64,000 nt of DNA, taken from the NCBI RefSeq assembly GCF_006345805.1, contig NC_043010.1:32426001-32490000 (forward strand), given 5' to 3'. Both the position numbers and the translations under genes were made by a program. The notes beneath the pieces were generated by a model. That model saw only the letters and a list, made by a program, of their open reading frames with translations. It was not told the DNA's origin and did no database searches. This document shows positions 1-11,420 of this stretch, piece by piece (the first letter of the stretch is position 1; every line of letters starts with the position of its first letter). The DNA comes from Octopus sinensis (Eukaryota).

Positions 1-290
1 TCTCTCTTTCTCTCCCCCGTCTCTCTCTCAGGAGAACTGCTAAATATCTTGAAAATGATTGTTTGTATGATTATGATAGTCAATAGTGACCCATGTGAGT
101 GAGCATATGAGAGATTATTCTCAGGTGGGGCATTTGTTTATGTGTGGGAACTGTGTGTATATGCGTATTTGTGTATGTATATATAAAGCAAAAAGTACAA
201 AAAGAAACGATGGGAGGGACAAGTTTTAACAAATGTATTAGTTTAACACGTGTATGTATGCAAGCAATGCATAAGTTGTGTGTGCATGTA

Positions 291-1567
291 TTGGGTTGTC
301 TGGAAAATTTGTGTCAATTTTTAAAGGAAAGAAAAAGGTCAATAAATACTTGCCATTACATTTTTAACCAACCAAATATGAACCATTTTGTTGCACAATG
401 TGTCTCCATCTTTCCTTTAACTTGAAAATACCATCTTTCCAGAATTGAGATGGTTTCATGGCAAAGAATTCATCAAGGTATCTTTTCAAGTCATCCAAGG
501 TATTGAAATTTTTACCTTTAAGATTATTCTGCAGAGACCTGAATAAGTGAAAATCCAAAGGAGCAATATCTGGTGAATATGGCGGGTGGGGTAACACATC
601 CCAGCTGAGCTGCAGCAATTTTTGTCTGGTTCCCAAAGAAACATGCAGTCTTGCATTATCATGTTGGAAAACAACATCCTTCCTGTTGGCCAATTCTGGA
701 CATTTCTCTTGAATTGCTGCTTTTAACTCATCCAGTTGTGTGCAGTATTTCTCAGAATTAATTGTCTGGTTACTGAGAAGCTCATAGTACAGAATTCCTT
801 TCCAATCCCACCAGACACAAATGAAGACTTTTTTAGGGTGAAGACCCACTTTTGGGGTGGCTAAGGGTGGTTCATGTCACTTACTCTAGGATCCCTGTCT
901 CTGAACATTTCGGTAGATAATCCATTTCTCATAACCTGTCACAATTTGCTTTAAAAAGGGCACGTTTTCATTCTATTTAAAAAGCGAATCACAGATGGAA
1001 ATGCGGCCCAAAAGGTTCTTCTCACTCAACTCATGTGGTACTCAAACATCGTAGTGATTTGTGTACCCAAGCTTTACCAGGTGCTCATGACAGATTTTGA
1101 TAGATTGAGGCTTTCTGCCAATTTTTGGGTTGTGCAATGTGGATTATTCTCAATGAATGACTTGATTTGGTCATCATCTGTAGTGGATGGTCTGCCTGAT
1201 CGCTCTTTATCAATAACGCTACAATCTCCAGCTCGGAACCTTACGAACCACTTCTGAACAGTTCTTTTAGGTAAAGAAACATCACCGTAAACTGCGCATA
1301 TTTCTTTGGTTACTTGTGAGGCATTTTTCCCTTTACGGGAAAAGGAAAGCATTAAGTGCCGAAAATGAACTTTCTTATCTTCCATTTTAAAGGGTTACAG
1401 AATTAACACAGATTATAGGAACATAAACCTTCTTCCACGAAAAGATAGCTTAAACTGTGCTCTAAATGGAGGTGTAGTCAAATCCTATTTTATGGACTCA
1501 ACCATGTTCTAAAATAAGTCAAAAGTTAACCTACTATAAATCAGCACAGACTTTCCGGACAACCTAA
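291..1567 (-). mobile_element. Full-length decayed mariner (DD34D, mellifera-like)
   Basis: Imperfect TIRs TTGGGTTGTCTGGAAAATTTGTG (291) and the reverse complement of TTAGGTTGTCCGGAAAGTCTGTG (ends 1567), TA on both sides. Transposase is split: 1074-1385 (MEDKKVHFRHLML...RSGRP) and 364-849 (HDNAR...YSPDIAPLDF). Confidence 0.95.
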
Positions 1568-1577
1568 TATATAGGTA

Positions 1578-1932
1578 CAGGGTGCAGTAAATAAATTGTC
1601 GTCAGAATTACACAAAAATGAAAATAACACTGACATCTCATTTTAACAGATGTATTTACCAAAATTACATAAAAATATCTTGAAATACTAAAGAGTTAAA
1701 TTTATTCAATAAAATCACCATTGCCTTTGACCATGGTCTCTAGACAACTTCAGAATCTCCTGCAACTCTTCTGAACGATCTCCTTGTTTAAGTTGATGAA
1801 TGCTGCCATGATCCTTGCCTTCAGTTCACCTTGGTGTTACAAGAAGTTTTATTGGTCTCTTGCTCAGCTGTGCCCCACACATGATAATCAGGGGCTTTGG
1901 AATCTGGGTGACTATTTACCCATCGCACCCTG
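1578..1932 (-). mobile_element. Internally deleted maT/DD37D-like Tc1/mariner element with both termini
   Basis: TA-CAGGGTG...CACCCTG-TA ends. The interior is the reverse complement of the transposase 3' end and 3' terminus seen at ~2240-2568. Confidence 0.8.
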
Positions 1933-1934
1933 TA

Positions 1935-2568
1935 TATCTGCATATTTCTGAAAATGATAAAAATTAAGCATCCAGTCAACATCATGGTGTTTGGAGCGAC
2001 CACTAGTGATGGCTACGTTATGCCTCCATTCATCTTCCTAACACAGCCTCAGACTCAACACAGAGACCTACATCAAGTGCCTGGAGGAGGGAGTGCAGCC
2101 CTGGGTTAAGAGGGTAGTTGCTGGAAGACACTATGTTTGTCAACAGGACTCTGCACCATGCTACACAAGCAGGTGAACCCAATCATGGCCATCAGACAAA
2201 TTCTGCAATCACATCACCTCTAACATCTAACCACCTAACTCCCCAGACTGCTACTCCCTTGATTATTATGAGTGAGGCACAGTTGAGTGAGAGACCAACA
2301 AAACTCCTTGCAACACCAAAGATGAACTGAAGTCAAGGATTATGGCAGCATTCACCAACCTAAACAAAGAGACTGTCCAGAAGACCTGCAGGAGATTCCA
2401 AGGTCATCTGGAGGCCATGGTTAAAGCCAATGGCGATTTTATTGAATAAATTTACTCTTTGTTACAAGATATTTTTATGTAATTTTGGTAAATATATTGT
2501 TAAAATGAGATATCAGTGTTATTTTCATTTTTGCATAATTTAGATGACAGTTTATTCAATGCACCCTG
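1935..2568 (+). mobile_element. 5'-truncated maT (DD37D-like) transposon copy
   Basis: Decayed frame KHPVNIMVFG...QQDSAPC...PPNSPD..DYY...ETNKTPCNTKDELKSRIMAAF...NGDFIE*. About 37 residues between the two catalytic D after frameshift repair. Ends GCACCCTG-TA. Confidence 0.85.
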
Positions 2569-2597
2569 TATATATATATATATATATATATATATGT

Positions 2598-3209
2598 AGG
2601 CAGACTCAGAAAAACCTGGGACGAGGTGGTGAAGCACGACCTTCGAACTTTAGGTCTCACCGAGGAAATGACTAGAGACCAAGACCGTTGGAAGTATGTG
2701 GTGCGTGAGAAGACCCAGCATGACAAGTGAGGCCATAACCCGTGGCCTCTACCTGGGATGTAGCCAGTCCACGTATGCATACCTTTCCTTCTTGGGACAC
2801 AAAACTCTACTTGTGAAGACCTGTTGAGGCAAGTGAAAATCGAAATCAAAATCGATCAACATCAATGGAATTTGTAGCTGTGATACCAGTGCCGGTGGCA
2901 TGTAAGAGAACCATCCAAATGTGGCCGTAGCCAGCACCTTCCTGATTGGCCTCCGTGCCGGTGGCACGTAAAAAGCACCATCCAATCGTGGCCACTTGCC
3001 ACCCTCGTCTGGCACCTGTGCCGGTGGCACGTAAAAAAGCACCCACTACATTCATGGAGTGGTTGGCTTTAGGAAGCGCATCCAGCTGTAGAGACACTGC
3101 CAGATCAGACTGGGCCTGGTGCAGCCTTCTGTCTTCCCAGACCCCAGTTGAACCGTCCAACCCATGCTAGCATGGAAAGCGGACGTTAAACGATGATGAT
3201 GATGATGAT
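2598..3209 (+). mobile_element. RTE-clade LINE 3' end (ORF C-terminus, 3' UTR, (GAT)n tail)
   Basis: GRLRKTWDEVVKHDLRTLGLTEEMTRDQDRWKYVVREKT, then a UTR with repeated GTGCCGGTGGCACGTAAAAAGCACC, ending GGACGTTAAAC(GAT)n. Confidence 0.9.
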
Positions 3210-4013
3210 ATATATATATATAGTTATTTTGAGTATAGGGATACCTCTAGAAGAGATGTAATCATCCAAGCTTCACTGGTTCAATCTTGTATATCAATGT
3301 AAAAGTTCAAGAGTCCAGTATAACTTAATAGTATTGGTGTTTATTGTTTAAATAAGCACCAATTAAGTATATTATGGAGTTTAATGATTAATATATTTTG
3401 ATATATGGGTATATTTCAATATAATATATTATAAGGAGAAAATGGAGAGTTTTAACAAATAAAATTCAATTTATTTACATTTTGTCAAAAATTCTCTGTA
3501 ACCTACAATTGTTTCCTTAGTTAACTTAATTAATTACAAATCAATGAATTAAAAATTAAAAACTTGTATCTTGAAATAGCGAGTTAGATATTTCGTCAGG
3601 CTGAGAATTCAACATATATAAGAACCACATCATAAATGAACAGGTGATGGTCAACAGACCCAACATGACAATAGTGCTTGTATGTGCTTGTGCGTGTTAA
3701 TATTAAAAAAAAAAACCATTATACATTTACGCCTTTTGTTTCTATTTATTCATGTGTGTGTGTGTGTGTGTGTGTGTGCATTAAAATTATTTGCACATGT
3801 GCATGTTAATAATTTAAAAAAAATACTATTGTGTACCCTTATCAGACAAGTAGTCATGTTGAGTATATTGAGTTTTGTATAATCATATCCCCATATCACT
3901 TTGATGGTATGTGCTGCTCTCTCACTCAATAATAATAATGATGATAATAATAATAGCAACAACAACAACAACAATAACAACATGAAGCTGGCTAATATCC
4001 TTCCATTTATGAA

Positions 4014-4409
4014 GGAAGACTGGCCTCTCTAAGTTTCTTTAAGCAAAATGGTAGTGCCAAATATACACTTCTTGTCAGTAAGATTAAAATGGAAAAGACA
4101 CAAAGAAAATGCAACCAGATCTAAATCATTCCACATTGGTTGTCAAACAGGTTACCAAGAACCACGTCTCTCAGTGGACATCTAAGATAAGGTTGAAAAA
4201 TTGGCATCTGGAAGACTGGCCTCTCTAAGTTTCTTTAAGAAAAATGGTAGTGCCAAATATACACTTCTTGTCAGTAAGATTAAAATGGAAAAGACACAAA
4301 GAAAATGCAACCAGATCTAAATCATTCCACATTGGTTGTCAAACAGGTTACCAAGAACCAAGTCTCTCAGTGGACATCTAAGATAAGGTTGAAAAATTGG
4401 CATCTGGAA
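4014..4409. repeat. Direct tandem duplication, 2 x 196 bp
   Basis: GGAAGACTGGCC starts at 4014 and 4210. I saw only two substitutions between the copies. Confidence 0.95.
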
Positions 4410-4536
4410 GGAACTCCTCTAAAGATTGACCTGGGGGAATTCAAAACCCAGATCTCAATTCTGACACCTCCAATCAAATCCAAACTAACAGTATCAAAAG
4501 AATTAGAAATATATGGACATATATATTTCTAATACA

Positions 4537-4950
4537 GGCGTAGGAGTGGCTGTGTGGTAAGTAGCTTGCTTACCAACCACATGGATCCGGGTTCAGTCCC
4601 ACTGTATAGTAACTTGAGCAAGTGTCTTCTACTGTAGCCTCGGGCCAACCAAAGCCTTGTGAGACGGAAACTGAAAGAAGCCCATCGTATATATGTATAT
4701 GCATATATTTATATGTATGTATGTTTATGTGTGCACGTATATGTTTGTATGTCTGTGTTTGTACCCCAACATCGCTTGACAACTATTGCTGGTGTGTTTG
4801 CATCCCTGTAACTTAGTGGTTCGGCAAAAGTGACCGATAGAATAAGTACTAGGATTACAAAGAAAAAGTCCTGGAGTCAATTTGCTTGACTAAAGGCGGT
4901 GCTCCAGCATGGCCACAGTCAAATGACTGAAACAAGTAAAAGAGGAAAGA
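4537..4950 (+). mobile_element. tRNA-derived SINE (dominant family in the window)
   Basis: Head GGCGTAGGAGTGGCTGTGTGGTAAG...GGGTTCAGTCCC, core GGCAAGTGTCTTCTACT, internal TA/TG tract, tail ACTGAAACAAGTAAAAGA. Recurs many times. Confidence 0.85.
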
Positions 4951-6009
4951 GTATATGAGGAGTATAGACAGGTTGTGACAGCATTGAATAAACTAGAAAG
5001 AAACATTACTGGACAATGCTATAACATCTGGAGAGATAACATCAGGGAAAACTTTCAGGAATATATAAACTCAAACAAATTAGCAAACGCACATAGACAT
5101 CATGCGTAACCATAGACTTACTCCAACTGGAATAAAGTGTATCAAAATTACAGTTAACTCTAATTTAAATAATGACAACAGAAAGAGAAGAGTATGTAGT
5201 AAAAATTAATAACAGGAATTTGGAAAGGAATACTACAGAAAACAAACCACAACATAAAGTTGATTAAATGCCAGAGTATGAGGCTCACCAAGAGCAAAAT
5301 AATACACCAGAACATGTGACCCTTCATGAATTTGAAACCCCAGCACAAGCTACATTTATAGAAGACAGCATCAACTGAAATCAAGATGCTAAAAGTGACA
5401 TCATACACAAATACAATATCTCACAACATACAGAAATGAATGACAAAACAGCTGCCCAAATTCTAAACAAATAAATCTAACCTGCTTAACAAAACTTTTT
5501 GATTACATCCGAAAAGAAATCTTTGCAGTCTAAATGTTACTTAACTGCATTAAATCATTCACAGCTACTAAATAAATAGGCATCAAGCTGAATAAAAATG
5601 ATCCCCAAAAACGAACACACAAAAACAATCAAAATGAAAAGAATGAATAAACAAAGAAATTGAACTGCTTAGGAGTGAAACTTTGGCCGAGGGGACTAGT
5701 CAGTTACTTTGACCCACCTGTACAACTGGTACTATTTCATTGACAATGCTTCCTTTATTTTCTGCAAGAATAACTGTTGAAGGACATTAGATGGACAATA
5801 TGTACATCAGTAGTGAGGTTAATAATAAATTTTAAGCCATGATTTATGGGTGAGATTGGGTGCATAAATGTGGAAGTAAATTGCATTCCATTTCATTAAA
5901 TAGTCTGGAATATTGAGAACATGAAGACCAACAGTAGCACAATTAAAATAATAACAACAATAATAAAAATTAACAGATAAATAAATAAATAATACTAGTA
6001 GTAGTAGCA

Positions 6010-6010
<1 letters not shown>

Positions 6011-6066
<56 letters not shown>
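6011..6066. repeat. (AAT)n microsatellite
   Basis: Direct reading. Confidence 0.95.
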
Positions 6067-6829
6067 GTCACTTTATTATTATTGTTAATATTATTTTATT
6101 GTTCTTTTTGTTATTGTTATTATTATTATCAATATTATATTTTTAAGTGGTGATTTGAGTTATTAAAGTTATTCCATCTCACTAATTCAACCAACGACAT
6201 TCACCAAAAACCTGTCTGTAAACAGAATTTTTGCAATTACGATTTTACTTCTTGGAAGTTTGAAGGAATTGTTTTTATTAATTGCCATTTATTTATGTTT
6301 TTTTAATCTTATTTTTGCAGTTTGTTTAACTTAATTTAAACTGAAAATGTTTTAATATTTTAATTTTCAAATTTTGTTTGATTTGTTTGGTTCCATGAAG
6401 AATTTAATTTTCATGAACTTTGTGAAAAGCTGGTATTTTTTTTTGTATCGTTCTGCGAATACTTCAGTTTAGTTCCTGTTACATAACTGCTGAGTTGGTT
6501 AAAGTAATAATTGATATATTGTGGTTGTTGCTGTTGTTGTTAAGCCATATCATTGACATTGTTGTTGAGGTTACATCAAAACTATTGCTACCAACTCAAG
6601 AAATGCAGTGAATTGGCAGAATTATTACAAGTAGAACAAAGTGATTTGTAGTATTTGATTTCAAACTCTACCCAAGCCAACTGTACATTTATTCTTCCAG
6701 AAGTCAATAGAATAAAAAGTATTTATTGACAGCCACTTCCTCAAAAATGTATCAGCACCTGCTATTATTATTATTGTATCAGGAAAAATCTCAGCTTTAT
6801 TTTGGTCAGTATGATGAAGAGTGTCAGCT

Positions 6830-7085
6830 GTCTACAGCCAGGAGACTAAGGTGATACTTGTTTGCTGATCTTGCTTCAAGAGCCCTGCGGAGGACGCTTG
6901 CAGTTCCAAGCATTGATAATTTTTTTAGGCATTCCATCTTGATATTCATTCCAATCTTTTTAAGCCATGTTGCTAGTTGAGTGCTGATACTTCCAAGTGC
7001 ACCAATCACTATTGGTATCATGTCCATTCTCTTCATTGCCCACAACCTGCATATTTCCCACTTCAATTTGTCATATTTACTCTTA
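6830..7085 (-). mobile_element. R4/Dong-clade LINE C-terminal endonuclease fragment (distal part)
   Basis: KYDKLKWEICRLWAMKRMDMIPIVIGALG...LGTASVLRRAL in ORF 6824-7138. Confidence 0.85.
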
Positions 7086-7304
7086 CTCTTTATTCTTTTA
7101 CTTGTTTCAGTCATTTGACTGCAGCCATGCTGGAGCACTGCCTTTAGTCAAGCAAATCGACCCCAGGACTTATTCTTTGTAAGCCTAGTACTTATTCTAT
7201 CGGTCTCTTTTGCCGAACCGCTAAGTTATGGGGACGTAAACACACTAGCATCAGTTGTCAAGTGATGTTAGGGGGACAAACACAGACACACAAACATATA
7301 CCCC

Positions 7305-7370
<66 letters not shown>

Positions 7371-7470
7371 TACGACAGGCTTCTTTCAGTTTCTGTCTAC
7401 CAAATCCACTCACAAGGCTTTGGTTGGCCCGAGGCTATAGTAGAAGACACTTGCCCAAGGTGCCACGCAG
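7086..7470 (-). mobile_element. 5'-truncated SINE (dominant family) inserted in the R4/Dong relic
   Basis: Reverse-complement match to the body and tail of 4537-4950, with an internal (TA)n tract. Confidence 0.85.
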
Positions 7471-7750
7471 TTTACTGTTTACTTTTTCTTCTTCTTTCTC
7501 TTCAATCTTGTTGTCACCAGGGCATGCTATGTCAATTATCAGACATTTTTTCTTTTTTGTTCACTACAACAATGTCAGGTTTTCAATGGCTAATATAATG
7601 GTCACACTGAATCATTGCATCCCTCAGGATTTTGCAATTCTCATTCTCATGAATTCCTTCTGGGATTTGGTCATACTATGTTTTTGATCTTTCTTGGCCA
7701 TAATTTCCATAGAGCTTCCAATAGACCGTTCTTGCCTCGAGCATTCACTT
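7471..7750 (-). mobile_element. R4/Dong LINE endonuclease fragment (proximal part)
   Basis: Minus strand reads YDQIPEGIHENENCKILRDAMIQCDHII..KPDIVVVNKK..IIDIACPGDNKIEEKEEEK (frameshifted) and continues into 6830-7085. Confidence 0.8.
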
Positions 7751-8198
7751 ACAATATGCTACACTGTTATTTCATGTTTTTCCATGGTTTGTTTTGACTC
7801 TCTCTTTTTTATTTAGTGCTTTACCAGTGTTTGGGGACACTGGAAGCATTGATATATAAATGTCAAACAGTGAGATTGAGTGCTCAACACTGTGCTGGTG
7901 CATAGAGTATATATAAATCTCTGTTGATTCACTAGAAGGGATAAATTACAGAACTCAATATGTAAATGCAGTCTTTAATATATTATAACTGGAAGCCTTC
8001 TAATTCTTGTACTTGTTATACATTTCTGACCATTCAGCTGGTAATCTGAGACTGCTTTCCCTTTGAAATATATATTGTTTGAATATATTTTTGAAATATA
8101 TAAAAGTTATGAAGAAAAATATTATATATATGTTCTCTTTACAAAATAAAAAAGATTACAAATGACATGTACAAAACAATTGATCCAAGCTCACAGGG

Positions 8199-8244
<46 letters not shown>

Positions 8245-8246
<2 letters not shown>

Positions 8247-8935
8247 CCTACTCCTCGCCATGGCTATGCATACTTAAGCTAGTAACCTGCCTCATTCTTG
8301 ATTCCGAATTCCTTTTGCCAAGTCTGTCCGTAAACGAAGTGATCCCAAGATAAGAAATATTTGAACTTTAATTCATCCGTATCTCTATTTATTATTATTA
8401 TTTATTAATTATTATTATTCTGATCCCCCTAGTCGCCACTCTGTTTACTATTTCAGCCTCGCCTCGTTTTTGCATATTCTGTATAATTCACTAGTTATCG
8501 TTATAGATATTTAAGATCTATCTCTCTTACAGGGCTGATTAGAAATTGGCTGCCGATTCTTCGCGGGGTTTCTCTCCCCCTTCTTTTTACATTGTCTGTC
8601 TGGACTCCTTCTCTTCCTACTCCTCGCCATGGCTATGCATACTTAAGCTAGTAACCTGCCTCATTCTTGATTCCGAATTCCTTTTGCCAAGTCTGTCCGT
8701 AAACGAAGTGATCCCAAGATAAGAAATCTTTGAACTTTAATTCATCCGTATCTCTATTTATTATTATTATTTATTAATTATTATTATTCTGATCCCCCTA
8801 GTCGCCACTCTGTTTACTATTTCAGCCTCGCCTCGTTTTTGCATATTCTGTATAATTCACTAGTTATCGTTATAGATATTTAAGATCTATCTCCCTTACA
8901 GGGCTGATTAGAAATTGGCTGCCGATTCTTCGCGG
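8245..8935. repeat. Direct repeat, period 369 bp (~322-bp core twice), unclassified
   Basis: TTCCTACTCCTCGCC at 8245 and 8614; TTCTTCGCGG ends at 8566 and 8935. Only a few differences between copies. Confidence 0.95.
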
Positions 8936-9016
8936 CGCGCCCGCCCTACCCACCCCCACCACCACCAATACCGGATATCTCTATTTTGCTCCAACTATAC
9001 CGGATGTCGTTTCTCC

Positions 9017-10428
9017 CACCACCATTATAGGTGTCTACTCTTTGAACCCCCCTCTTCAATACGCTATTCACCATGCATTACCCCTCTCTCGATATCCTAC
9101 GTTCTACTTGCCTAGAACCTGTCCTCTGAACCACCCCTCCCACTGGTGCTCCCCTATATTTCTGCACCCCCCTACCACCATTATAGGTGTCTACTCTTTG
9201 AACCCCCCTCTTCAATACGCTATTTCACCATGCATTACCCCTCTCTCGATATCCTACGTTCTACTTGCCTAGAACCTGTCCTCTGAACCACCCCTCCCAC
9301 TGGTGCTCCCCTATATTTCTGCACCCCCCACCACCATTATAGGTGTCTACTCTTTGAACCCCCCTCTTCAATACGCTATTTCACCATGCATTACCCCTCT
9401 CTCGATATCCTACGTTCTACTTGCCTAGAACCTGTCCTCTGAACCACCCCTCCCACTGGTGCTCCCCTATATTTCTGCACCCCCCACCACCACCATTATA
9501 GGTGTCTACTCTTTGAACCCCCCTCTTCAATACGCTATTTCACCATGCATTACCCCCTCTCGATATCCTACGTTCTACTTGCCTAGAACCTGTCCTCTGA
9601 ACCACCCCTCCCACTGGTGCTCCCCTATATTTCTGCACCCCCCACCACCACCATTATAGGTGTCTACTCTTTGAACCCCCCTCTTCAATACGCTATTTCA
9701 CCATGCATTACCCCTCTCTCGATATCCTACGTTCTACTTGCCTAGAACCTGTCCTCTGAACCACTCCTCCCACTGGTGCTCCCCTATATTTCTGCACCCC
9801 CCACCACCATTATAGGTGTCTACTCTTTGAACCCCCCTCTTCAATACGCTATTTCACCATGCATTACCGTCTCTCGATATCCTACGTTCTACTTGCCTAG
9901 AACCTGTCCTCTGAACCACCCCTCCCACTGGTGCTCCCCTATATTTCTGCACCCCCCACCACCATTATAGGTGTCTACTCTTTGAACCCCCCTCTTCAAT
10001 ACGCTATTTCACCATGCATTACCCCTCTCTCGATATCCTACGTTCTACTTGCCTAGAACCTGTCCTCTGAACCACCCCTCCCACTGGTGCTCCCCTATAT
10101 TTCTGCACCCCCCACCACCATTATAGGTGTCTACTCTTTGAACCCCCCTCTTCAATACGCTATTTCACCATGCATTACCCCTCTCTCGATATCCTACGTT
10201 CTACTTGCCTAGAACCTGTCCTCTGAACCACCCCTCCCACTGGTGCTCCCCTATATTTCTGCAACCCCCCACCACCATTATAGGTGTCTACTCTTTGAAC
10301 CCCCCTCTTCAATACGCTATTTCACCATGCATTACCCCTCTCTCGATATCCTACGTTCTACTTGCCTAGTACCTGTCCTCTGAACCACCCCTCCCACTGG
10401 TGCTCCCCTATATTTCTGCACCCCCCCC
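9017..10428. repeat. Tandem satellite, ~9 units of 155-159 bp
   Basis: ATTATAGGTGTC at 9024, 9180, 9336, 9495, 9653, 9809, 9964, 10120 and 10277. Units are nearly identical. Confidence 0.98.
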
Positions 10429-10429
10429 A

Positions 10430-10681
10430 TAAAAAAAGCACCATCCGAACGTGGCCGATGCCAGACCCCTCTGGCACCTGTGCAGGTGGCACGTAAAAAG
10501 CACCCACTACACTCGCGGAGTGGTTGGCGTTAGGAAGGGCATCCAGCTGTAGAAACACTGCCAGACTAGACTGGAGCCTGGGGCAGCCCGAGCTCCCCAG
10601 ACCCCGGTCGAAACCGTCCAACCCGTGCTAGCGCGGAAAACGGACGTTAAACGATGATGATGATGATGATGATGATGATGA
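10430..10681 (+). mobile_element. RTE-family 3' UTR fragment with (GAT)n tail
   Basis: Same sequence family as 2900-3209, with CpGs retained. Confidence 0.9.
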
Positions 10682-10940
10682 TATATATATAGGTTCCCCT
10701 GTGAGCTGGGATCAATTGTTTTTGTGTTCAGGCCAACTATACCTTTCATGCTTTTGGGGTCAATTAAATAAGTACCAGTTATGCACTGGGGTCAATATGA
10801 TCAATGTTGAAGACATGAAGCAACAAAATCGGTGGTATATTAAAACTGTAAAAAATTTCTTTATAAAAAGATATTAAACTATGTGAAACAAAGGCATTTC
10901 TCTTCCACTTTTTATATATGTTTTCCACATATTTTCACCC

Positions 10941-10992
<52 letters not shown>

Positions 10993-11103
10993 AAGTATGA
11001 GGGTTTAGTTCACATGTCATCTAAATAATTAGGTACACTAGGAAAATGGTGTAACAGATTACTGGGGCTCCAAGGTTATAACTAAAACAGTAGTTATGAA
11101 GCC

Positions 11104-11157
<54 letters not shown>

Positions 11158-11249
11158 ATACCTACATACATATATACACATACATATATACATATATACA
11201 TATATATACACAGATATATATATATATACATACATATATATATACATAT

Positions 11250-11420
11250 TTAGTTGTAATTTACAAAAAAAACAAAAGACGAAGACAAACATATGTATTA
11301 ATTTAATACTTGGAAGGTGAAAAGTCTTTTTCGTTTTGAGCCTATGCTCTTCAACAGAAAGGAACACGAGAAAATAAACAGAGAGAGAATAAAAAAAGTT
11401 TTAGTGGCTAGCAGTCAATC
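11250..11420. mobile_element. Interspersed repeat next to (TA)n, possibly a Penelope-like terminal repeat
   Basis: Shares AAAACAAAAGACGAAGA...GAGCCTATGCTCTTCAACAG with an inverted copy at 46540-46725. The family assignment is inference. Confidence 0.6.

Noticed and set aside
32-94. Strong pyrimidine tract and AG at 1-31 with GTGAGT at 95
   Set aside because: The tract is a (CT)n microsatellite, and no frame resembles the expected upstream SorCS exon.
4950-5620. Possible very old LINE RT remnant
   Set aside because: Motifs are too degraded to assign by eye.
9017-10428. Regularly spaced repeats as a possible CRISPR array or repeat protein
   Set aside because: There are no unique spacers, the context is eukaryotic, and stops occur in the frames.
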